64,000 nt of DNA from Candidatus Omnitrophota bacterium. Lineage in GTDB: Bacteria > Omnitrophota > Omnitrophia > Omnitrophales > Aquincolibacteriaceae. Below, one piece after another: positions 29,952-39,234 of this stretch; the first letter of the stretch is position 1, and every line of letters starts with the position of its first letter. Position numbers and translations under genes: made by a program. The stretch covers positions 27,341 through 91,340 of the forward strand of contig JAFGHI010000007.1 of the NCBI GenBank assembly GCA_016930235.1. The letters run 5' to 3'. The notes below the pieces were generated by a model, which was not told where the DNA came from, searched no databases, and worked only from the letters and a program-made list of their open reading frames with translations.

Positions 29952-31943
29952 TTGGAGACTATGAACCTTTCCATGTCTTTTCGCAAGATTAATGAAACTC
30001 TCCAAAGAGCCTTTTCCCGCATCAATTGGCCGATGGTGATTATTCTATCACTCGGGGCCCTGTTGCGCCTTCTTTTTTTGGACTTGAAGCCGCCCCATTC
30101 GGATGAGGGGGTGGACGGGTCTTTTGCCAATCAAATTGCCTCCGCCGGCTTCTTTGAATATGACCCCAAGAATTTTCACGGGCCTTTGCATTATTACCTG
30201 CTTTTTTTCTTCCGTCTTTTCCTGGGGGAATCTCTCGGGTCTTTAAGAATGTCTTCAGCCCTCTTTGGGGTCGCCTCGATTTTTATTGTTCTGCGTTTGG
30301 CTCCCTTTATTGGAAGGCGTGCGGCCTACCTGGGCGGTCTTCTTTTTGCCGTTTCACCGGGCCTTGTCTTTTTCTCAAGGAGCGGTATTCACGAATCGGG
30401 ATTTTTATTTTTCTCTCTCCTGGCTTTTTACGGGTATTTCCGGTTGCGTCAATTAAAAGATAAACCGGCCTTATGGGGGGTGGGCTTGGGAGCTGCCGGA
30501 ATGATTCTAATGAAAGAAGTGTACATCATCCATCTCTTCTGTTTTTTCTGTGCTTTTCTCGCAATGTTTTTTTGGGGGAAAATATCGCCTACAAAGCAAA
30601 ACGTTCGGGCCGGTTTAAAATTCAACGGACGGGATATCCTTGTCGTGAGTCTCACTTCTTTTTTTCTGATCGTACTTTTTTACTCCGCTTTTTTCCTTCA
30701 CTGGAAAGGAATTATCGGCATTTTTCAGAGTTTCTTCGAATGGACAAAGACCGGAGTTGAGGGAAAAGGCCATGGGAAGCCGTTTGTTTATTTTTTCCGG
30801 CTTTTTTGGGAATACGAATGGCTGAGTCTGATCGGGCTCGTGCTCGTTTTCCGTGTCTTCTGGCCGGTCCCAAGACCCGTTCGTTTCCTGGGTTTTTATG
30901 GCCTATTTATTTTTTTAGCCTATAGCCTGATCCCTTACAAGACCCCTTGGTGTATCATGCAAATGATTTGGCCCCCGCTTGTCATTTTAGCCTATGTTGT
31001 TTCCGAGATCTCTCACCATTACCGAAAGATTGGCTGGTTTGCAGTGCTGTCAGTGTTCTTGATCGGCTCCCTGGAAACGGCGAAAGCGGTCCAGCTGAAC
31101 TTTGTTGATCCGTCAAACCCGAAAGAACCCTACAACTATGTTCAGACGATGCGGCCGATTATGGATGTGCATGCCCGGATACGGGACATGATTCAAAAGG
31201 ATCCAAGAATCAAATACGTCCCGGTTGTTGTCATGATGGAAAACAGCTGGCCTGTCCCTTGGCTTTTCTCCTTTTTTACGAATGCTGGTTACTATGGATC
31301 AGCGATGAAAGGGAGGCGTGATGCCGCCATCCTCTTTTGTGACTCTGCGGAACGCGGGCCTTTGGAAGTGGTACTTAAGGAAAAGTATTTTTACGAACAA
31401 ATATTATTTCGGGAATTTTACGGCGGCGAGCTTCGCATCTATTACCAATATGATTTATTCAAGGATTTCCTGGAAGATGAACTGCCGGTTTTTGAGCCCC
31501 TTGAAATCCCGCTGCCCGGGCCGGGAGAAGGATATATCCAGAGGATTTATGATAATGCCGAGTGGCAGGGGAAGCCGGTATTTGAGCGGAATGTCTTACG
31601 CATCCAGCAATCCTGGGATAACCGGGACCGTCCCTGGCCTGCGCCTTTCGGGATGATTTTTGAAAGCGAAATTTATGTCCCCGAAGAAGGGGAGTATGAG
31701 TTTTTCCTGGCGAGTGATGACGGGAGCGATCTGGAAATAGCGAAGGAGAAAGTCGTTGATAATTTGGGTGCGCATCCTGAGCGGATTGTCTCCGGGGAAA
31801 AGTTTCTGAAGAAGGGATGGCATCCGCTTAAGATCCGTTACAATGATATCGGCGGTGGCGGTATGATCCGCTATTGGTGGAAACCGCCCGGAAAAAAGGA
31901 AGAAGATCTCCCGGTCGAGTATACCCGGGTTCGAGAGGTCTAA
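29952..31943 (+). CDS. GT-C membrane glycosyltransferase (GT39/PMT_2-like) fused to a C-terminal PA14 domain
   Basis: N-terminal polytopic domain with an extracytoplasmic HSDEGVDG (DE) motif. The C-terminus (FESEIYVPEEGEYEFFLASDDGSDLEIAKEKVVDN...GWHPLKIRYNDIGGGGMIRYWWKPPG) matches the PA14 beta-sandwich pattern. Confidence 0.55.
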   Translation: METMNLSMSFRKINETLQRAFSRINWPMVIILSLGALLRLLFLDLKPPHSDEGVDGSFANQIASAGFFEYDPKNFHGPLHYYLLFFFRLFLGESLGSLRMSSALFGVASIFIVLRLAPFIGRRAAYLGGLLFAVSPGLVFFSRSGIHESGFLFFSLLAFYGYFRLRQLKDKPALWGVGLGAAGMILMKEVYIIHLFCFFCAFLAMFFWGKISPTKQNVRAGLKFNGRDILVVSLTSFFLIVLFYSAFFLHWKGIIGIFQSFFEWTKTGVEGKGHGKPFVYFFRLFWEYEWLSLIGLVLVFRVFWPVPRPVRFLGFYGLFIFLAYSLIPYKTPWCIMQMIWPPLVILAYVVSEISHHYRKIGWFAVLSVFLIGSLETAKAVQLNFVDPSNPKEPYNYVQTMRPIMDVHARIRDMIQKDPRIKYVPVVVMMENSWPVPWLFSFFTNAGYYGSAMKGRRDAAILFCDSAERGPLEVVLKEKYFYEQILFREFYGGELRIYYQYDLFKDFLEDELPVFEPLEIPLPGPGEGYIQRIYDNAEWQGKPVFERNVLRIQQSWDNRDRPWPAPFGMIFESEIYVPEEGEYEFFLASDDGSDLEIAKEKVVDNLGAHPERIVSGEKFLKKGWHPLKIRYNDIGGGGMIRYWWKPPGKKEEDLPVEYTRVREV

Positions 31944-31950
31944 AAATCTT

Positions 31951-33714
31951 ATGGGCATTGTTGTTTTCTTTTTAGTGTTTACGGCGGTTTCAACGACTCT
32001 GGCTGTCCTCCTTGCTTCGGTCATGGGTTATCTGGCTGTTTGGATTGTTTGGGTTTCTTTCTTGGCCGGAATGGCGGTCGGATTTTACGGTTATTCGTCA
32101 TCAAAATCGTTATCTTTATCGCTTCGGCCGGTTTCCTTTTTCGATGGGTTCATGCTTGTTGCCTTTACCGTTTTTTGCCTGCGCCATTTCCTCTGGGTTT
32201 ACTATTACCGTGACGGAGGGATGCGGATTTTAGATCAATATAATTTTAGTGATATGCCTTTGCATCTGACCAATGTTGCTTATTTTGTCCGGGGGACCGA
32301 ATTTTGGCCGGACAATCCTATCTTTGCAAGCCTTAAGATGCATTATCCTTTCGGTGTCGATTTCTTTACGGCCATGTGGGTCAAGATCGGGGTGCCGGTC
32401 GACAGGGCGATGCAGCTTGTCGGTTTGGGCGGAGGCCTTCTTGTCGGGATTGCACTTTTTATTTGGGGCCGGGCATTTGCGTTGGCCGCCTTCCTTTTTT
32501 CAGGCGCTCTTCATGGGTTTCAGATCTTTTTGAATATACCTCTGACTGATTATGTGACCGAGCTGCCGTGGAAAAATTTGGCCCTGACGCTCTTGATTCC
32601 TCAGAGGGGTTTCCTTTTCGGGTTCTCGGCGGGACTTTTATTGTTATGGAGCTGGCGGCGGCGTTTTTTGACTCAAGACAAACCACTTCCAGGATTTGTC
32701 GAAATCTGTCTCTGGGGGCTGATGCCCCTATTTCATTTTCATACTTTTCTTTTTCTGACCTACATATATTTGATTTGGTTTTTAGTTTCCGGAAAATGGA
32801 CCCGTGAAAACTTGGGGATTGCCTTGGGGGTATCCATCCCGGCCTTGATCGAATCTTTTGTCTTAACGGACGGCTTTCGTTTAGCGTCCCTCGTGTGGTG
32901 GAAGCCCGGGTGGTTGATCGAAGGCCGGCCCCTTTATTTTTTTATCGCTAATTTTGGTTTGTGGATGCCTCTTCTTTTTCTGGCCCTTGTTTTTGCGTAC
33001 AGAAAAAGACGGTCCCCAAAACCTGAAAGTGACGGAAAATTACCCGCCTCTTGTTTCTGGCATCATCTCTGGCCGGCCCTTTTGTTATGGGCTGCGCTCT
33101 TTTTTGTCATGTTGATGCCGTGGGATTGGGATAATATGAAGCTGATGGTCTGGTGTTATTTACTGATCTTGCCGGCGGTCGACAGTTTAGTGATTCAAAA
33201 AATTCCGAAAGGCTGGCGCTTTCTCGTTTTCTTTTTCCTTTTCTTTTCCGGTTTTGCGGTCGTGGTGAGTTCCGTCGGCCGGGAACAGAAAGGTTCTGAA
33301 GTTATTCGTCTGGAGGAACTGGACGAAGTTTGCACCATCGCACGGAAAATGAATCCTGGAGATACAGTGTTGATTTACCCAACCTTTAATCATCCGATCT
33401 TGCTTTGCGGGTATAAAGTGGTTGCAGGTTACGGCGGTCATACTTGGAGTCATGGGCTTCCCTCCGCAGAGATCGAAAATAAGATCCGCCGGATTTACCT
33501 TGGAGAAAAGGATTGGAAGGGAATTCTTCGGGAATTTGGACCACGCTATCTTTTCTGGGGACCCTATGAGCGCTGGGCCTATTCTGAGTCTACGCGCCCC
33601 TGGGAGGATGAGGCGACGGCGACGCTCATCGCCCGAGGCAAGTGGGGGACAATTTATGATTTGTCGAAGGCGTATACATTGCAGGATGACCAGGAAAATC
33701 TTACACCCCGTTAA
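31951..33714 (+). CDS. Large polytopic membrane protein, paralog family member B
   Basis: 587 aa with ~14 TM helices. Its C-terminal domain (VLIYPTFNHPILLCGYKVVAGYGGHTWSHGLPSAE...RRIYLGEKDWKGILREFGPRYLF) is homologous to the C-termini of the 11019 and 35593 proteins. Confidence 0.4.
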   Translation: MGIVVFFLVFTAVSTTLAVLLASVMGYLAVWIVWVSFLAGMAVGFYGYSSSKSLSLSLRPVSFFDGFMLVAFTVFCLRHFLWVYYYRDGGMRILDQYNFSDMPLHLTNVAYFVRGTEFWPDNPIFASLKMHYPFGVDFFTAMWVKIGVPVDRAMQLVGLGGGLLVGIALFIWGRAFALAAFLFSGALHGFQIFLNIPLTDYVTELPWKNLALTLLIPQRGFLFGFSAGLLLLWSWRRRFLTQDKPLPGFVEICLWGLMPLFHFHTFLFLTYIYLIWFLVSGKWTRENLGIALGVSIPALIESFVLTDGFRLASLVWWKPGWLIEGRPLYFFIANFGLWMPLLFLALVFAYRKRRSPKPESDGKLPASCFWHHLWPALLLWAALFFVMLMPWDWDNMKLMVWCYLLILPAVDSLVIQKIPKGWRFLVFFFLFFSGFAVVVSSVGREQKGSEVIRLEELDEVCTIARKMNPGDTVLIYPTFNHPILLCGYKVVAGYGGHTWSHGLPSAEIENKIRRIYLGEKDWKGILREFGPRYLFWGPYERWAYSESTRPWEDEATATLIARGKWGTIYDLSKAYTLQDDQENLTPR

Positions 33715-33717
33715 TTC

Positions 33718-34836
33718 TTAAAAAGCCCACTGGCCTGTCACGAATCTCAATAGGAAAAATCCATAGAGCATCCCCGACAGCATCACAAGAAGAGTGTGGA
33801 GCATGCGGTTGCGGACGAGGACCGCCAACGCGATGAAGATCGGGAAGATTGACAGACTGTAACGCGGGATACTGAGCCAATAAGAAGTGGATGTGATGAC
33901 GAGCCATGAAGTTATTGCGAAGAATCCGTAGGAGATCCGCAGCCGAAGAAGTGCCCATAAACATAAAAGAAGTGAACCAAGGGCAAAGATCAATTCTGTG
34001 ATTGAGACGGTCACGAGTTCGCTGGGAGACCGCCATTGAAGCGATTCGATGGCGTGAACCAATCCTTTCCAAGGGAAATAGATAGTTTTTCCCCATTGCG
34101 CTTTCGAGATTTCAAGGAAGGCAAAAGGGGATTGAAAGTAGTAATAATTGATCCAGAGATAACTTAGCACTCCCAAAGGAATGAGGAAGAGAAGAAATAT
34201 TTTTTTATCGATTTTTTTCCACTGCCAGTTTCTTTGGGTAAAATATTCGATCAGGATGGCAATCGCAAGACAGAACCCCGTGATCCTTGTCGCCGTGGCG
34301 AGGACTCCGAAGAGTACGCAAACTGCCCATTCATTCCTCCGGGCGTGGTAGAAACACCCCAGGGTAAACAGGATAAAGAGGCTTTCGGTATAACCGGCGT
34401 GAAGAAAATAAGCGCTCGGAAAGACCGAGAGATAAAGAACGGTCCTTAAGGATATTTCTTCCGGATAATCCATCCTTGCGAGGCGGTAAAAATAGATGAC
34501 AACTCCAACGTACGCGGCATTCGAAATAAGAAGCGAGGAGAAAAGATGATGATGGGTGAAGAAGGCCGCGAAATTGATCAGGATAGGATAAAGCGGAAAA
34601 AAGACAATCGGGATTTTACTGCCTTCGGTCGAATAACCCTCGCGGGCGATCTTTAAATAATGAACTGTGTCCCAACGGTTCCAGATCTCCAGCCACGATG
34701 ACGGGAAATGGTTTTTTGTCGCGATGTAGGCGGCGGCAGCAAAAAGGAAAGTGCCTAGGGTCATGATGACGGCCAGCAGGGCAAGCTGCACCGAAGGTTT
34801 TTCCCACGAGATGATGGTTTTCTTAGAGTTTTTCAT
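33718..34836 (-). CDS. PIG-V-like (GT76-type) polyprenol-phosphate-mannose-dependent mannosyltransferase, membrane protein
   Basis: WNRWDTVHYLKIAREGYSTEG...IVFFPLYPILI matches the conserved WDxxHYLxIAxxGY...FFPLYP signature of the PIG-V/Gpi18 family. ~9 TM helices. It overlaps the upstream GT2 by 4 nt. Confidence 0.5.
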   Translation of the reverse strand: MKNSKKTIISWEKPSVQLALLAVIMTLGTFLFAAAAYIATKNHFPSSWLEIWNRWDTVHYLKIAREGYSTEGSKIPIVFFPLYPILINFAAFFTHHHLFSSLLISNAAYVGVVIYFYRLARMDYPEEISLRTVLYLSVFPSAYFLHAGYTESLFILFTLGCFYHARRNEWAVCVLFGVLATATRITGFCLAIAILIEYFTQRNWQWKKIDKKIFLLFLIPLGVLSYLWINYYYFQSPFAFLEISKAQWGKTIYFPWKGLVHAIESLQWRSPSELVTVSITELIFALGSLLLCLWALLRLRISYGFFAITSWLVITSTSYWLSIPRYSLSIFPIFIALAVLVRNRMLHTLLVMLSGMLYGFFLLRFVTGQWAF

Positions 34837-35555
34837 TCGTAATAACCTAATACGTCATAAAGGCGAATCCTAAAAAGATCCAGGAACATCCCCAATGCAT
34901 GCTTCATGACCTGGACCGTCGACTCGCGTTCGTTATCGCGCCATTTTACCGGAGCTTCGCGAACTCGCAAACCCCATTTTTGGGCGAGAAATAAAATCTC
35001 GGTATCGAAGCTGAACCCTTGAAGTTTTTGTTTTTCGAAAATCTTGGCAGCGGCCTCCTTGCGGAAAAACTTAAAGCCGCATTGGGTGTCCCGGTAAGGG
35101 AGGTTGAGGATCAAACGGCCGAGGAGATTGAAGATCCTGCCGGCCAATCTCCGAAGGAAACCCTGCCGCATCCTGCTTTTGGAGCCGGGAAGCCATTTGG
35201 AGGCGATGACAAGATCAAAACCATTTTGGAGGTCTTGGATAAATGTTTGGATATGCTGAATAGAAACCGGCATGTCGGCATCCGTAAAAAGGAGATATTC
35301 ACCCCGGGCTTTCAGCATGCCCTTTCGGACGGAATAACCTTTTCCGTAATTGTCATCGTTTTGTAAAACCTGGAGTGAAGGATCTCTTTGAGCAAACGCG
35401 AAGGCCTTTTCATACGTGTCATCAGGGCTGGCGTCGTCGATGACCAGGATTTCATAAGTGAGGGTCTCTTTTCGGCAGTAATGGCTGATTCGCTTTAAAG
35501 TTTTTAAGATACGCCTTCCGGCCAGATAAGCGGGGATAACAATGGATAAGTTCAT
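34833..35555 (-). CDS. Polyprenol-phosphate sugar synthase-type GT2 (Dpm1/GtrB/ArnC-like)
   Basis: MNLSIVIPAYLAGRRILKTLKRI...YEILVIDDASPDDT and later DADMP/QCGFK blocks are typical of dolichyl/undecaprenyl-phosphate mannose/glucose synthases. Start chosen at the MNLS ATG (35555) to avoid overlap with the upstream gene. Confidence 0.65.
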   Translation of the reverse strand: MNLSIVIPAYLAGRRILKTLKRISHYCRKETLTYEILVIDDASPDDTYEKAFAFAQRDPSLQVLQNDDNYGKGYSVRKGMLKARGEYLLFTDADMPVSIQHIQTFIQDLQNGFDLVIASKWLPGSKSRMRQGFLRRLAGRIFNLLGRLILNLPYRDTQCGFKFFRKEAAAKIFEKQKLQGFSFDTEILFLAQKWGLRVREAPVKWRDNERESTVQVMKHALGMFLDLFRIRLYDVLGYYE

Positions 35556-35592
35556 CGGTTTCCCGCGAAGAGAATTCGTTGAATCTGTCATT

Positions 35593-37581
35593 CTAATCCT
35601 TGATTCCCTGGCAGATATCTTCTCGCGAAAAATATCTTGCCTGATAAGGGCTTTTATTTTCTTCAAAAACCGGTTTCAATTCATTTTGAAAGAGTCCATC
35701 GTGGGTTTCGACTTGGTGTTCCTTCATATCAGAGTGCTCAAGCTGGATATAATCGATTCCGTTTTGCCTTAAATAACTGCAGAGTTCTCCGCGATTTTCT
35801 GAGGCGTAAATTTTCTGGGTTAGGGCAACCCGTTTATCCACGGGATGTTCCAGGCTATCATTAAAATAGGGCCACCCTTGGAAGGTTGTGCGGCCCGCAA
35901 GAGAGACTGGATTGTAAATCCGATAATTGGTCAAGAAGACAGCATCTGTGGAAGTATTCTTCCGGATCCATCGGCTTGAAGGATCCTGCGCAATATCCGC
36001 AAAGTTGTAGAGAAAACTGTTTTTAACGGGGGTGGCATCGACAATGCCCGATGCGGTAAGCAAAATGAACAGCAGGCCTGCCCAGACGGGCCCGCCCCAT
36101 CGATTACGGAAGATCCGGCTCAAGAGGAAGGCAATATAACAGTTTCCGATGATAAGGGCCAGATTGAGAAATTTGTGATTGGTCCCGATGTCGCCGCTGA
36201 AACGAAAGAGATGGGCGATCAAAAAGAGCGCAAGAGGAATGAGAAGGATCCTGCGTCTTCGGGAATCGACGAAAAGGAAAGACAGGGGGATGAGGAGAAA
36301 GCTTAGGCCCCAATTATAGAACCAGAACCGGAAAAACGACAAAATGCCGTTTAAGAATTGGTTGATGAGGGCTGAACTTGAAAAACGGATTCCTGTACCG
36401 AAAGTCGGGACAAGAAATCCAAAATACCACCCGCTGTGCTGGACCTGATCCTGGTTGGCCAGTTGGAGCCACAAAAATTGCGGGGCCCCGATCAGAATCG
36501 CAGCCAAAAGGATCCATCCGCATTGTTTCTTGATCGGGAAGGTGAGGAAAAGGATCCCCAGAATCATGAGAAGGCAAACGTAAGAGGGGGTATGCCAGAA
36601 GGGAAGGATCCCGGCAAGGAATCCCAAAAAAACGGATTGTTTGACGGATAACGTTTCACTCCCGTCTTTTTTGAGAAGGGTTGAGATAATCGGAATCAGA
36701 ACCAAAAGGATGACCGCGTAACCCAGAAGGAGTTGCCGTTGGTTGAGGTAAATATTCCAGTGCCAGTAAGCACAGACAAGGTTCCCGTCATACGGTCCGA
36801 AGCTGACATAATTTTCGAGGTTCCACCAGGATTTAAGGATAGAAAAAAAGGACTCCCCCTTCTGTTGATTGAGGAATAAAACAAAGGAGAGGGAACTGTT
36901 AAAAAGAAAGAGTAAAACAGAGACCCAGCCAACGAATGATTGCCCATCAAAGAGAGTTTTACCGAAGAAGTAAAGGAGGATTAGAAACGCGCACCAGAAA
37001 AGGGTGCTCGGGAGCGCTACGGCAAAACCGATAGGCAGCCCAAGCTTCTCGAAGGTGCCGGCCATAAAATCAAAAAGAAAGTGATAGCGAAGAAAATCAT
37101 GAGCAAAAATGGGGTTGAGGAAATCGAGGTTATTCCCAATGCTAAACGAACGGATTAAGGGGATATGAAAGGCGAAATCGCTTACCACGAGACTGGATAT
37201 CCTGAGTGTTTGAAAGGGGCCGGTTGACCAGAAGACATGAGAAAAGATGATCCAGGAGGAGGCAAGTAAAATTCCCAGTAGGATAGACTCCCCGGTGGAC
37301 AAGCGGAATTGGAATCTCAGATGCTTCCTGAAGAGAATAAGGAGAGATGTCTCGATGATAAGCACCGTCAGAAATGACGGGAGGACCGTCTTGGCCCCTA
37401 AGGGTTTTAATAAGAGTGTGATGATAAAGACACCCCAAAAGGAGACGAGAACTCCTAGCAGAAAAGAAGAGGTTAAAGCAAGCAGCCCCGAAAACCTTGG
37501 CAGGAATTTCGCGGTCAAAAGATAACCCAGCCCCACGCTGAGCATTCCGAATAACGCGGTTGTGAGAAAGGCCTGCATCAT
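35593..37581 (-). CDS. Large polytopic membrane protein, paralog family member C
   Basis: 662 aa with >14 TM helices. Its C-terminal domain (VFLTNYRIYNPVSLAGRTTFQGWPY...KIYASENRGELCSYLRQNGIDYI) is related to paralogs A and B. Confidence 0.4.
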   Translation of the reverse strand: MMQAFLTTALFGMLSVGLGYLLTAKFLPRFSGLLALTSSFLLGVLVSFWGVFIITLLLKPLGAKTVLPSFLTVLIIETSLLILFRKHLRFQFRLSTGESILLGILLASSWIIFSHVFWSTGPFQTLRISSLVVSDFAFHIPLIRSFSIGNNLDFLNPIFAHDFLRYHFLFDFMAGTFEKLGLPIGFAVALPSTLFWCAFLILLYFFGKTLFDGQSFVGWVSVLLFLFNSSLSFVLFLNQQKGESFFSILKSWWNLENYVSFGPYDGNLVCAYWHWNIYLNQRQLLLGYAVILLVLIPIISTLLKKDGSETLSVKQSVFLGFLAGILPFWHTPSYVCLLMILGILFLTFPIKKQCGWILLAAILIGAPQFLWLQLANQDQVQHSGWYFGFLVPTFGTGIRFSSSALINQFLNGILSFFRFWFYNWGLSFLLIPLSFLFVDSRRRRILLIPLALFLIAHLFRFSGDIGTNHKFLNLALIIGNCYIAFLLSRIFRNRWGGPVWAGLLFILLTASGIVDATPVKNSFLYNFADIAQDPSSRWIRKNTSTDAVFLTNYRIYNPVSLAGRTTFQGWPYFNDSLEHPVDKRVALTQKIYASENRGELCSYLRQNGIDYIQLEHSDMKEHQVETHDGLFQNELKPVFEENKSPYQARYFSREDICQGIKD

Positions 37582-37666
37582 GAATTCAAGAAATCTCCCA
37601 ATGGTAAGGGTATTGTATGATCAATGGCGCGAAAATCCAATGAAGATGTCTTGGGCAGTCAAAAGA

Positions 37667-38722
37667 TTAGTTGGCGTATTTTTCCTGATAGATCTTAATG
37701 AGGGCGAAGAAAAGCGACAAGACGACCGGTGCCAGGAAAATCCCGGTAAATCCGTAAAGCTTCATGCCGCCCAAGATCCCGAAGAATAGAAGAAAATAGG
37801 GAAGCTTTGTCTTTTCACCGATCAGGGCGGGTTTGACGATGTTATCAATCAAGCTGATGACTAGGACCCCGAAGACAGTCAAAATGATTCCCTTGACGTA
37901 GGATTGAATTACAAGGAGATAGATGGCTAAGGGGACCCAGATTCCGGCTGCGCCGATGACCGGGATTAAGGTGGTAATAAAGGTAGCAGCCGCAAAGAAA
38001 ATGGGGGCCGGGATACCGCATAACCAGAAGAGAACCCCTGCTGTGGCTGCCTGGATCAGGCTTGTCGTCAACTGTCCTCGGATCACGGCTGAAAAGGTTT
38101 CGTTGATCTGGTGGAAGATGGATTTCTTGGTCGCTTTCTCAAGCGGGGCAATATCATAAATGAACTGATAGATTTTGGCGCCGTCTTTAAGGAAGACGAA
38201 GACCAGAAAGGTGATGATCAGGATATTCAGGATAACGAAAAAGATATTCTTGGTAATGGTCCCGACCTGGCTGACGGCAAAGTTGGCAATCGCTTTGGAG
38301 GAATTGAGAAACCAGGCGGTCATGTTTTCTTTAAGGGGTTCCCACTGGAAGAGGTTGGCCTCAATCCTCTGGATAAGAGAAAGCGACCGGACATAATCAA
38401 TCGTCTTCTCCAGCCGGCCGGAACGGATGTAATCCGAAACCGCCTGGTAAAGGTCAATGGCCTGGGCCGTGATGTTGGCGACTAAAAAAGCCAACGGCGG
38501 GACGACACAAAGGAAAACCAAAGCGGTAACGATTAAGGCTGCTGTCGAATCGTGATTTCGGAGTGATTTACGGATCCTTTCGTAGACTGGATAGAAGGCG
38601 AAGGAAAGGATGGCTGCCCAAAAGAGGGGTTCAAAGAAGGGGGCAAAGATCCTGAAAATTTCCCAGACCACGAAAATCAATAAACCGATAAAAAATATGG
38701 ATATAAGCTGATCTCTTGTCAT
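37667..38722 (-). CDS. AI-2E family transporter (UPF0118/PerM-like)
   Basis: The 8-TM topology and sequence pattern (FAPFFEPLFWAAILSFAFYPVYERI...) are typical of the AI-2E/YhhT family. Confidence 0.65.
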   Translation of the reverse strand: MTRDQLISIFFIGLLIFVVWEIFRIFAPFFEPLFWAAILSFAFYPVYERIRKSLRNHDSTAALIVTALVFLCVVPPLAFLVANITAQAIDLYQAVSDYIRSGRLEKTIDYVRSLSLIQRIEANLFQWEPLKENMTAWFLNSSKAIANFAVSQVGTITKNIFFVILNILIITFLVFVFLKDGAKIYQFIYDIAPLEKATKKSIFHQINETFSAVIRGQLTTSLIQAATAGVLFWLCGIPAPIFFAAATFITTLIPVIGAAGIWVPLAIYLLVIQSYVKGIILTVFGVLVISLIDNIVKPALIGEKTKLPYFLLFFGILGGMKLYGFTGIFLAPVVLSLFFALIKIYQEKYAN

Positions 38723-39101
38723 GATTTCCTAACCCCGCTTGCTAGAATCGTCTGCGGCTTATTCAGGTCATTCTGAGAAGTCCTGTAAGGACGGCGAAGA
38801 TTCTAAAGAAAACCTTCGCTATGCTCAGGATGACGCCAAGTTGCACACAAAATGAAGTGCTAGCAGTATAGCTTCTCTTGTCTAGATATCAAATTAAAGA
38901 CCTGAAGAGAAGTCTTCTTACTATCAATACAACCTTTAAAAACCCTCTTCGCCGTCCCAGGAATTATCAAGGTTTAAAGGCATTTCTTCATCTAAAGAAT
39001 ACTAGCACTTTACCGATAATTGTATCAATCAGTCACGAAGATCGCAATAAGTGTTTCATTTGCGGGTAGTTAGGGACATTGTGAATCTTTCGAGGGCAAA
39101 T

Positions 39102-39130
39102 TTGACAAACAACTAACTTCAGGTTATCTT
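39102..39130 (+). promoter_or_regulatory. Candidate promoter upstream of flp (TTGACA with a weak -10)
   Basis: TTGACA at 39102-39107. A TATCTT lies 17 nt downstream. Two direct repeats AGTAAGTCGGAAnTAAG at 39134-39150 and 39170-39186 follow, before the AAGGAGGG RBS. Confidence 0.3.
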
Positions 39131-39234
39131 TTTAGTAAGTCGGAAGTAACCGAGTTTTTTGAAAACGAAAGTAAGTCGGAATAAGTATTCATGGAATCAA
39201 AGATACGTGAATTCCGAATGAAGGAGGGAAAACC

